From the NCBI GenBank assembly GCA_020184695.1, contig JAANOX010000220.1:1-64000 (forward strand): 64,000 nt of DNA, read 5' to 3'. The notes beneath the pieces were generated by a model, which made no database searches, was not told the origin of the DNA, and worked only from the letters and a program-made list of their open reading frames with translations. Below, in pieces: positions 1 through 10,033 of the stretch; positions within the stretch are counted from its first letter, which is position 1; each line of letters opens with the position of its first letter. This DNA comes from Histomonas meleagridis 2922-C6/04-290x. Taxonomy: Eukaryota > Protista > Parabasalia. A program made the position numbers and the translations under genes.

Positions 1-1432
1 CCCTCCAAATATTAATGAAGACATAAATAAAAAAATAAATAAAAAAATCAAAGAAGAAACACATTTATTAGAAGTTCTTCAAAATGATAAAATTGAGGAA
101 TTACAAGAAATTTCATCACAAAATGATTTTGATTATAATCAAATAATTGATAAATCACAATGCGAAAATTATTCTTTTCTTTATAACCAAAAAGAAAATA
201 TATCAATTATTGATTATTGCGCATTTTTTGGATCAATTCAATGTTTTAAATTTTCATCATTCATTTATGCGAACAAAATAACACGTTGTTTGGAAAAGCA
301 TTAAAAACAGCAATTCAATATCATCGAAACGATATTTTTTATTACTTTTATGAAAAGAAACTTGGGAAAATTGAAGAAAGAAAAAAGATTAATAATAAAA
401 ATATTTAAACTAAATTAGGTATTCAATGTTTAAAGTTCATCAATTATGAAATTTTGTCTTTTTTAGAAAAAGAAGGTTTGGAAAAAACAAACCATTCTCT
501 TCAAAATGCATCAATCAGCTTGAATAACCTTCCTTTTATATGTATATTTTTTGATGGAAGTTTTATTAATAAAGAACTTTTTCTTGAGCTTATTGAAAAT
601 GGAAACCCTATTGTAGTAAAATGGTTCTTCATACAAAAGAGAATTAAAATTGATATCGAAGATGTTAGATTATAGAATTAGATATATAAAATATTTATTT
701 AAAATTTCATACAATAAATTTGCTGGGCAACTGAGGATAATTCCATACGTATTTGATAAGATTCTTTCTTAAACAAGGAATTAATTTTAATGTTAAAGAT
801 ATTTATTTATTTTTATTTGTTTTTTGTATTAATAATTTTATGTTTCAAAATAATTTTTGGAGATTATACAAATTATTGACTAGCGCTTATTGAAGCATCT
901 AGATATGGTAATATAGAAGTAGTTAAATTACTTCTTGAACAAGAAGGAATTGATATTAATGCAGAATATATTTATTTATTTCATTTAAAATTTATTTTAT
1001 TAGTATGATATTTCATAATAATATGTGGAAACTACATATATTATTTGAAACAGCTCTTATGTGGGGATCTTTCCATAGCTACGTAGAGATAGTTAAATTA
1101 CTTCTTGAACAAGAAGAAATTGACATTAATGCTAAAGATAAAATAAATTTAAATAATTGAATATTTCAAAATAATATTTGGAAATTATTTAAATTATTTT
1201 GGACAGTACTTATGTTTGCATCTTCATATGGTTATACAGAAATAGTTAAATTACTTCTTGAACAAGAAGGTGTTGATGTTAATGCTAAAGATATTAAATC
1301 GTATTATTTAATATTGATTTTAGTGATTTAAGTTTTCAATGAAATATTTGGAAATTATTTAAATTATTTGATACAGCACTTATATTAGCACATAAATCAG
1401 AAATAGTTAACTTACTTCTTAAACATATTTAA
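1..1432 (+). pseudogene. Degenerate DUF3447-like/ankyrin-repeat gene (5' end outside window) whose repeats carry 17-nt spacers
   Basis: 62-250 translates ...VLQNDKIEELQEISSQNDFDYNQII...IIDYCAFFGSIQCFK, paralogous to the 11036-12295 and 33962-35185 ORFs, then breaks by deletion/frameshift. Repeats at 950-1430 decode (spacers removed) to INAEY-KDGE-TALMWGS, AKD-KNGW-TVLMFAS and AKD-NKGD-TALILA. Repeats at 664-890 are damaged. Confidence 0.8.
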
Positions 1433-1967
1433 ATTTCTTTGTTCAAAAAACTTCTCAAAAAACAAGATTTCTACATGAGGTGATCCAAAAAATAATGACC
1501 TTCTTTATTTTTATTAAGCACCTTTGTACACGAAAAATATAAACGTATTAATTTTTCTTATTTTAAAGGGTTTGTAGAAAATGTTTCAAGTAAATAAATT
1601 TGACCATCCTTCTGTTTTATGATTTGTAATAGTTATAAATGTCTTACTTTTTATAACTCAGATAAAAATCAATAAAATATGTATACCTGTTCAAAGGTCG
1701 ACAGCTAACAAGAACCTTATTTAAGAATAATCTCTTTGTTTTTGGTTAACGACCAAATAATGGCAGAAAAAAACTGAAGAAATAATGTGAGAATACCCCA
1801 CCTATTTTCTTTTTAGCATAAACCTATTTTGTCCTCAACGCCTCGGTGAATACCTTTTTGATTCTCAAAAGAAATTCAATTAAGCAAAATATAATCAAAA
1901 TCATGAGCTCAACCAACGGAAAGAAAACCAATAACTCAGGTTGGTCATTATGGAACAAAAATAATAT

Positions 1968-2250
1968 GATATTAATACTAAAGATATTTATTTGTTTTAT
2001 TTGTATTTATTTTAATCATTTGGTATTTTCGAACAATATAAGGAAATTTTTATATAGTTTAATACAGCACTTACCTTAGCATCTAATAATGATCATACAG
2101 AAATAGTTAAATTACTCCTTGAACATTAATATTAATGATATGGATATTGATTAGTTTTAAAAATTTGATATTTCATATAAACATTTGGAATTATTTATAA
2201 ACATGTAAAACAGTGCATATGGTAGCATCAGAAAAGATAAATACAGATAT
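1968..2250 (+). pseudogene. Isolated ankyrin-repeat relics with 17-nt spacer architecture
   Basis: DINTKD followed by ATTTATTTGTTTTATTT (1986-2002), and TALTLASNNDHTEIVKLLLEH. Second relic: ATTTCATATAAACATTT-GGA-ATTATTTATAAACATGT-AAA-ACA (2170-2212). Small deletions break the frame. Confidence 0.7.
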
Positions 2251-3096
2251 AATTCAAATAATATATTATTTGTGATTTAATTCATCGATATGATAAAAAA
2301 GAATATATTTTTTTATTGAAATAAACTTATTATGAATCCGCTTTGTTTAAATACAATATTATTATTTCATGAAATTTGATTTGTATTAGAATTATATTAA
2401 TACAAATTTGATCGATCCAATAGTTCATGTCAATGAATAGTTTACACATCCATAAAGTATTCAATTAATGATTGTGAAACACATCACTTTTTTAATGTTT
2501 TTTAATCGGACTGTATTTTGCCAAACCGTTTTTCATTTTCATGTTTCATTTATAATAGGTGTCATTCATATTTTGAATGAAAATCAAATTGAAGAAAAAA
2601 AAATAAGCATTTCTATAAAAAAGTGGGATCGTTTCCTATCGTCCTGAATTTATCATTCAAAAATCGATGGAGCCAGAAGACATTACCATTTGGCATGAAA
2701 AATGTCAAAAAAACATATTTTGTAAGCGGTTTGTAAACTTCTCAAAAATCGATGGAAAAGTTCGATTATTGTCATCAATATAATGTTTTTTCACATAAAA
2801 AAAATTAAAAAGTCCATAAGATGACCTTTGGTTCCGATTCTAGATTTAAAATTTACAATATTTTCAAAAAAAATGAATCGAAATCTTTTTTCTTCCTGTA
2901 CATCATACAAAATTGAGGTTAGAATTTCATAGTGCTCATAGAAAAAAAAACCGTTTGCCACCGGGTGGTCGTGTTGTTTTAAATACTTTACTTATACGAT
3001 AAATGTATGAAAAACTAAGTGGTAAAGTTCTTAAATGGCAAAAGTAAAACTGAAAAAGTTGATTTTTTTCAATACAAATTTTTGAAACAGCTCACA

Positions 3097-4011
3097 ATGA
3101 AGATATACGAGTTCAGAATCATACTCCCGACTTCAGTCACACAATATAAAATTGGAAATTTGTACATGACAGCGCAAAGATCAAAGGAAGAAACAGCACA
3201 AGTCCAAGGTGAAGGCATTGAAACCATCACAAATGAGCCCTTCCAAAATGAAAATGAATCTGGACAATATACATATAAAATCATGCACTTCAAGTCAAGA
3301 ATTCCTGGTTTTATCCGTTGGGCACTTCCTGATAAGTATTGTCATTGCCATGAAAAATCATGGAATTCATACCCACACTACCACACAGAGTACTCAGTTC
3401 CTGGTATGGGAGATGACTTTCTTATGGAAATTGAATCACAACATTTTCCATATGAAAAGAATGGAAAGATACCAGAAAATGCTCTTAATCTGAGCAAGAA
3501 GGAACTCAAAAAGCGCAAGATTGTATATCTTGATATCCTTGACAGCAAACCAAAACCAGATAAAAAGGAATATGATCTTCATGGATTCGTATGTCCAGAA
3601 GCAGGGATTTCAACTCCACTTCAGGGAAGCCCTAAGAAAGCTAAAGCCAATGAAGAAAAACCTCCATTATGGTCAACATGTTATGATGGTGAAATGATGA
3701 TTGCAATCAAAGTTGTTAAATTCATGTTCCACTGGAAAGGCCTTCAAACCATAACAGAGAAGTTTGCCATGAACACTTTCTATCATAATCTCTTCCTTGA
3801 TACTCATCGTCAATTAATGAGATTAGCCGACAAGTGGTATCCTATGACCATAGATGATGTAAGAGCATTTGAGAACCAAATCATTGAGGAATCGCGCAAC
3901 ATCAATTTCGAACGCGATGACGATAAAGAAGATGTGGAAATCCCTGACAAACCGCCAGAAGGCATTCAAATTCCTCCACAAGAAGAAGAGTCTTCTTCTG
4001 ATTCCAGCTAA
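3097..4011 (+). CDS. Phosphatidylinositol transfer protein (PITP family)
   Basis: MKIYEFRIILP...YKIGNLYM...GEGIETITNEPF...GQYTYKIMH...HEKSWNSYPHYHTEY are PITP hallmarks. First ATG at 3097 (the track starts at a GTG). Confidence 0.9.
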   Translation: MKIYEFRIILPTSVTQYKIGNLYMTAQRSKEETAQVQGEGIETITNEPFQNENESGQYTYKIMHFKSRIPGFIRWALPDKYCHCHEKSWNSYPHYHTEYSVPGMGDDFLMEIESQHFPYEKNGKIPENALNLSKKELKKRKIVYLDILDSKPKPDKKEYDLHGFVCPEAGISTPLQGSPKKAKANEEKPPLWSTCYDGEMMIAIKVVKFMFHWKGLQTITEKFAMNTFYHNLFLDTHRQLMRLADKWYPMTIDDVRAFENQIIEESRNINFERDDDKEDVEIPDKPPEGIQIPPQEEESSSDSS

Positions 4012-4240
4012 ATAAAATTAACGATAAAGATTATTTATTTTCATAATAAAAGAAATTATAAATACTTTAGTATAAAGGAATTCATTAATTTTATATTATA
4101 CTGATATTGCCAACCATAAGTTAAACAGTGATTTACTTAGAAACTTAATCAAATATTGAGAAAATAATATTTATTTTTTCTCACCATTTTCTATTTGTGT
4201 GATTTCATGTATTACTGTTAAAATATTATATCACAATCGA

Positions 4241-5497
4241 TCACTTTTTACTTAATTGCTGTATTGTAGTTAATAAAGCTCTTATCTGTTTCTTAAATTG
4301 CTCGTTTTCTTTAGCTAACACGTCCACCTTCTTTTCCAAATCTTCTACTCTTTTCCTTAATTCATCATTTCCATTATTTTTGTCAGAACATTGATTTTGT
4401 AATTGAGAAGGTTCGTTTGATTGAGATTGATGTTGTAACTCATTATTTTGAGGTGGAGTAGTTTCGTGTGAACCTCTTCTTATTCTAAATCTTCCCATCT
4501 TTTCTACTGGTTGTTGATTCTTTTCTTCAACTCCATAATTCCATTTTGGTTGTGTCGGTGAAAGTGGTGGAACTTTCTTTGGGGTATTTTCCATTTGCAA
4601 AAGTTTATTATTTGCTGCACGTTGTTCTAATGGAGGGACTTTAGATAAAATCGTATCAATGATATATTGCTTTGATTGGGCTTTAGCTATAAATGGATGT
4701 TTCAACAATTCTTCTGCTGAAGGTCTACTTTCAGTTGAATGGTTTAAACATTTTCGTACAAATTCTTGAAATTCAGGAGTAAAACCTTCAGATGGAAGTT
4801 TTGGTGGTGGCGCATTGATAATTTGTTTGGTAATACGTAAGGGCGGAAGATTTGAATATGGCGCAACACCAGTCGCAAGTTCTATAGATGAAATACCTAA
4901 TGACCATATATCAGCTTTCTCTGTATAGCCTATTTCGCCAAATACTTCAGGAGCCATATAACATGGCGTTCCAATGACTGTATATCTCGCGCGTTTTTTG
5001 CCTTGTTCAAGGAGACTTGCTGCAACTCCAAAATCTCCGATTTTAATAGAGCCATCTTCGCATATTAAAACATTACCAGGTTTAATATCGCGATGAACTT
5101 GCTTATTAGAGTGGACATATGCTAATGCTTCTAAGATACCTTTTAGAATCGTTGCAATTTGTACTTCATCTTTAAATCCTTCTGGAAAAGAAGACTTCAT
5201 AATGTCAAGCACAGAGCCACCTGCGCAATATTCCATTAAAATGTAGAGAATTGATCCATTAATAAATGAGCCATAGTAATCTACAATACCGGGATTGTTA
5301 CTGGTGGACCAAAACGCAACTTCACGACGTAATACATCGATTTCAATTTCGTTGATTTCAAGATCGATTTTCTTGATAGAAATAATTTTGCCATTCCCCA
5401 AGTACTTGGCCTTGTAAACACTAGACGTAGCACCACACCCAATTATGTCGAGGATTTGATATTGGGAAATGTCGAGCGGAAACGTGTTCAAGCTCAT
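4241..5497 (-). CDS. STE20-family Ser/Thr kinase (OSR1/SPAK-like) with C-terminal coiled coil
   Basis: IGCGATSSVY, HRDIKPGN, DFG, GTPCYMAPE, KADIWSLG motifs. Confidence 0.9.
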   Translation of the reverse strand: MSLNTFPLDISQYQILDIIGCGATSSVYKAKYLGNGKIISIKKIDLEINEIEIDVLRREVAFWSTSNNPGIVDYYGSFINGSILYILMEYCAGGSVLDIMKSSFPEGFKDEVQIATILKGILEALAYVHSNKQVHRDIKPGNVLICEDGSIKIGDFGVAASLLEQGKKRARYTVIGTPCYMAPEVFGEIGYTEKADIWSLGISSIELATGVAPYSNLPPLRITKQIINAPPPKLPSEGFTPEFQEFVRKCLNHSTESRPSAEELLKHPFIAKAQSKQYIIDTILSKVPPLEQRAANNKLLQMENTPKKVPPLSPTQPKWNYGVEEKNQQPVEKMGRFRIRRGSHETTPPQNNELQHQSQSNEPSQLQNQCSDKNNGNDELRKRVEDLEKKVDVLAKENEQFKKQIRALLTTIQQLSKK

Positions 5498-6368
5498 TTG
5501 ACTAATTTAGAAGTTAAGAAACTGGGTGGTTATGAGATGTCATAAATATTTTCATTCAATTTTTGCAGTTATAATTTGTCGTTCTTTCAACCGTTGAAAT
5601 CACTTAATATTGTTCGTATTGGGTTTTGTTTCATTCCTGTGACTTAATAAGCATTTGCTTTATATTTCGTTTGGTTTCGGAAATTGTATATCTGTGCATA
5701 ATTAAAAGATAATAAATTTTAGATCTCATCAAATGTTTTTTATGAACTCTTAAATTCAGATACAGTTATATAACACATGTTAAAGCTTGATTTCATTTGG
5801 TAAAAATCTAATTCCTCATCTTAAATTTCAATAAAAATTATGAACAATGTGAAACCATCTTGTGAAATCAATCCACTCACTGTTATGAAATCAAAAATCC
5901 GTTTTATCATCCTTACAAAGTATTCACATCAACAATAATATCCAAATCCTCAATTTTTAGCCAACAAAAATGAAATGTTATCAGAGCAAAAGAAAAACAT
6001 CTATAGATCATTTTGGGTTTGTTGGCCCACTAATTCTCATAGGCCGCCTCAGTGCACTCCACTTGGTCGGGTTATTCATAAATAAACAACTGTTTCATTT
6101 TTTCGTTACAGGCTAATAAATTTAGTTTTAACTTCCTATTCAGTTTATTCCATAGCACCCACACGTTAGAGTTGTGCCAGCGCTTTGTTTTTGGTGTTGA
6201 ATTTGTTTGCATTCGAAATGCATTCAGATGATGAGTTATAACTCTAAAATGAAAATAAAAGTTTTAAAATAATGTGTGTATATGGTTTTGGCTTATTTTT
6301 GTTTTGTTAATACCAAAATATTAGAAAGAAAACGAAATATACACAATGAAATTATACTTGTATACAAT

Positions 6369-6510
6369 ATTAATGTTAACAATTTGATATTTCAAAATAA
6401 TATATGGAAATTATTTTAATTATTTAATACAGCACTTATTATTGCATCAGAAAATGGTCGTACAGGAATAGATAAATGAAGAAGAAGGAAGTGATATTAA
6501 TGCAAAAGTA
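6369..6510 (+). pseudogene. Solo ankyrin-repeat relic with three intact 17-nt spacers
   Basis: ATTAATGTTAACAATTT-GAT-ATTTCAAAATAATATAT-GGA-AATTATTTTAATTATTT-AAT-ACA GCA CTT ATT ATT GCA TCA GAA AAT GGT decodes to D-G-N-TALIIASENG. Confidence 0.75.
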
Positions 6511-6667
6511 ATTGAGTTTTGAGACCTCACAACACTAACATTACTCCAAACTCAAAATATAAGCCTTCTGTCGAGATGTATACACCATTTTAAACAAGTT
6601 TTTACACACCTTTTTCCAGACCTAATGATTTTATCGTTGTTGGCCGTTTAGACCAAAATCTAGGAAA

Positions 6668-7513
6668 ATGGAAAACAGAAAAATATGGGAACAAGAAATT
6701 CCTAACAATCAGACAGTATTCCTCGATTATGATGACGATATGGTTCTGACTGTAACTTCAGCAAAATTATCAAAAATTAATGATTCCCAATTAGAGCAAC
6801 CGGCAATCCTCACAGCAAAAATCAAATCAGCCATTTTGGGTCCTTCTGATGGTGATGCCACACCAGAAGATAATGATGAATCGCATTTTTCATGTAAAGA
6901 AATAGAAATATGTTCATTAATACCAAAAACGAACGAACAAATAACAACCGAAATTACATTTTCTCCAATGGATATTGTTGAGTTGACTAACTCAAGTGAT
7001 CATGATATTCTTCTTTCTGGTTTCATGGTACCAAATAACAATAAATTTTTTGAATCTGAAGAGGAGGAAGAAGAAAGTGAAGAATTGAAAAGCAAAAGAC
7101 AGAAAGAAATGGATGATCTAATTAATGATCTTTCTGGAGACGAAACAACAATAAAAACCGAACAAACACCATTCGAACTTCTTGTACTACCAAACACAAC
7201 AGCTTCACTATCATTTGAAGGGAAAGAGGACAAAGTTGCTTTTTTGATGTATGCAAAGATTCTCGATAAGACTATCCAAAAGAATGTAACTTTGTATGTA
7301 ATAACAAAAGATGGAAGTGCTGAGAACAGCAAAAAAATACCAATTGCTTGTTTTTCTCCAAAAAATCTTAAAGGAAAAGAACTTGATTTTATTGTGCAAA
7401 AAGATAGCGGTGTTGCTCTCTTTGTTGATGGCCCATGTGGAGTCAAAGTCTCTGGTGTTTTTGATGATGCAGATTTCCATGATTCTGATGATTCTGATGA
7501 TTCTGATGAATAA
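6668..7513 (+). CDS. Acidic protein with two nucleoplasmin-like (NPL) domains, probable histone chaperone
   Basis: Two beta-rich units ending ...ICSLIPKTNEQ...HDILLSGF and ...IPIACFSPK...GVKVSGVF, each followed by an acidic tract. Recognised by eye. Confidence 0.55.
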   Translation: MENRKIWEQEIPNNQTVFLDYDDDMVLTVTSAKLSKINDSQLEQPAILTAKIKSAILGPSDGDATPEDNDESHFSCKEIEICSLIPKTNEQITTEITFSPMDIVELTNSSDHDILLSGFMVPNNNKFFESEEEEEESEELKSKRQKEMDDLINDLSGDETTIKTEQTPFELLVLPNTTASLSFEGKEDKVAFLMYAKILDKTIQKNVTLYVITKDGSAENSKKIPIACFSPKNLKGKELDFIVQKDSGVALFVDGPCGVKVSGVFDDADFHDSDDSDDSDE

Positions 7514-7631
7514 AAAAATTTTTTTTTCTTTTTCTGCGAACGTTTATTCCCAAAATTTTTCATATAAAAATGATCGGTTTGTTTTGAAACTGTTGGCCGG
7601 CCATTTAATGTCGGTTTGTTATTTTTTTTAA

Positions 7632-8996
7632 TTGGAATACAAAACAAATCAAGTTTATCCTGCTGGACAATCTTTTTTAGAAGAAATAAATTCAGATATT
7701 GGCATTCTCAAAATAACTAGCAGTAATGCTAATCAAAAACATAAATTTTCATGTACTTTTCAAGAATTAACTGATTTTTGGAATGAGGAACATCAAATCA
7801 AAGAAGTAAAATGTAAACTACAAGAATTAGCAAAAGCATTATTATATCAAAATTTCGAATATAGGCCTGATTTTCATACATCAGGATTTGATCAAATAAT
7901 TGTTCAAAATATTAGCAATAAAATATACGCGAAATTCTTTTTAAATATTGTTATGAAAATTTCATCCTTAAATTCAAAAAATTACATTCAAGATTTACTT
8001 AACTTAGATTTATTTAGCAATCTCTTTGACTGTTTTTTCAACATCGAAACAGACGATGATGACAAGGTTCCATATCAACAAACTGTTTTATACATTATCC
8101 GTAATATTTTAATTATATTTCCAGATACACTCCCAACAATTTGTGAATTTATTACTCAAAATATTACTTTTATTAGCGAACTATTCGGAGCCAATGAATC
8201 AATTCGCAAACCAATTTATCTTCTCTTTGATACCATGTTAGTTAAAAACACTCAATGCGATGTTAGTTTCCTCTACGAACCAATTTTAACAATTTTTAAT
8301 GAGTACACTTCGGAAGACACAAAGATGTGTCTTAGTCTTGTTTATTGTGCACTTTCTTCAAATGGTTTCATCGACTATGCCCAAGAATCCCCTCTTTATC
8401 AAACATTAATTGAAATGGTTAAAAATGTTAGTTGCGAAGAGCTTTTAAAGCTTCTTGTAGCTATCTTCTATAAGTTAATTAAAGTCAATTTTGAAGTTGT
8501 TGAAGATCTTGTCCCACGTTTTATTGATCTCATAGGTAGCTCCTTCGAAAAAGTTAGCTTCGGAGCGACGCTCATAATAAAAAAGATATTAAAAGATGAA
8601 CCTGATTGGGTTCAACAAGAAAAACATCATTATCTTGCTGATAACTTAATGAAGAAGATATCAGATTCTTCGTTCGAAAGAAAAAGAATGTATTTGAAAT
8701 GTCTTTTGAGATTGTTAAGAATCGTGTCGAGAAATTTTCTCAAAGAATTAACAAATAAAAAATTGGTGGGCATGCTCATGGAATTTTTAGACTTTGGATA
8801 TGACGCAGATTTGACTGATACAATTTTAGATCTTCTGAAATCACTCGTAAATATGGAATTTGAGGAGTGTGGAACATTGAACTTAATGGATGAAATAATG
8901 GAAAATGGTGGCGAAGATACGTTAAAACAGTTTCTAGATTGTGAAGACGAGGAAGCAGCTGAGTTAGCTACAAAACTACTAAATCTTGCTCAATAA
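7632..8996 (+). CDS. Helical-repeat (ARM/HEAT-like) hypothetical protein; start codon uncertain
   Basis: 454-codon ORF, Leu-rich amphipathic helices. Begins at TTG; an in-frame ATG at 7608 is separated by TAA at 7629-7631. Confidence 0.65.
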   Translation: MEYKTNQVYPAGQSFLEEINSDIGILKITSSNANQKHKFSCTFQELTDFWNEEHQIKEVKCKLQELAKALLYQNFEYRPDFHTSGFDQIIVQNISNKIYAKFFLNIVMKISSLNSKNYIQDLLNLDLFSNLFDCFFNIETDDDDKVPYQQTVLYIIRNILIIFPDTLPTICEFITQNITFISELFGANESIRKPIYLLFDTMLVKNTQCDVSFLYEPILTIFNEYTSEDTKMCLSLVYCALSSNGFIDYAQESPLYQTLIEMVKNVSCEELLKLLVAIFYKLIKVNFEVVEDLVPRFIDLIGSSFEKVSFGATLIIKKILKDEPDWVQQEKHHYLADNLMKKISDSSFERKRMYLKCLLRLLRIVSRNFLKELTNKKLVGMLMEFLDFGYDADLTDTILDLLKSLVNMEFEECGTLNLMDEIMENGGEDTLKQFLDCEDEEAAELATKLLNLAQ

Positions 8997-10033
8997 TAGT
9001 ATCAATTTCATATATAAATAAAATATTTATATTATTAATGCAATTTATAGATTTCTTTACATCGATTTACAGTGATGATTTTTTCTTGCATACGATAAAA
9101 TGTATCAATTTTTTTTATTTTTGATGAAAAGGATTATTATTTATTTTTAATAATTAATATAATTGGAATTTTCATTATAAAATAATGCAAAATTTACTTG
9201 ATAGGGAAAATATTTTATTTTTAGCTGTCTCACTCAAACCCGATTGGATCAATTGAGTCACCAAATTCAATTAATTTATTCCATGAATGAAAATATAAAA
9301 ATTTCATTTCTTCAACACCGATCTGGATAATATTTTATTAAATTTAAGTAGATTTATCAGAAAATATTAATGTGGTGGAAGTGGGATATGTCTTCTCAAA
9401 TCTGATATCAAAGAAGATGCTTCATTTGCATGTTATCGAGAATTATAATAGAAACTAGCTGTGTTTCTATTGCATATAGATTTTTTTAAATTGTCAATAT
9501 AATGAATCATTTAAACTATTTATAATTGGATCTAAATTTTGATAGTTTTCTTAAATCAAGTTTGTATGCTGAGCTTAAAGCAATTTAATTAATGGCCACC
9601 ATCAACTTCGTCCAGCGCACAACCTAAAGTATGATTGTATTAACTCATACACTGGTACCAATGAGAAAGAACCAAGAGGTTTTGCCTATGATACGAATAG
9701 TTTTTTTATTTGACTATTATGAATCTGATTACATAAATATACAATGATACAAATCCATATGTATTAAAATTTGTGATAAAAAAATTAAATCATCATAATT
9801 AAGCGCGCTGATAGTTTTTTTATGCGTGGAACCAAGAAACATTGTTAGCACCTTTAGGGTAGCATTTGCAACGTATTGAACACTTTGTTTTACATCACAA
9901 TAAAAATCTTATCTAATAAAAATTGTATTTTGGCTCCTTTTATTAAAAAATAACATTAAATCATCATAATTAAGCTATTGATTTTTTTTCCAATTTATTT
10001 TCCCATATAGGAATTTATCTTAAGTATAAAACA

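Noticed and set aside
2340-2900. Possible transposase or Maverick remnants in the intergenic DNA
   Set aside because: No ORF, terminal inverted repeat or target-site duplication that I can support.
9650-9700. Short RRM-like peptide (YTG...PRGFAY)
   Set aside because: Too short, no surrounding ORF; chance resemblance cannot be excluded.
9784-9975. 21-bp direct repeat (attaaatcatcataattaagc) 171 bp apart, containing a box C-like ATGATGA on the minus strand
   Set aside because: No box D (CTGA) at a suitable distance and no ankyrin coding between the copies; no function supportable.
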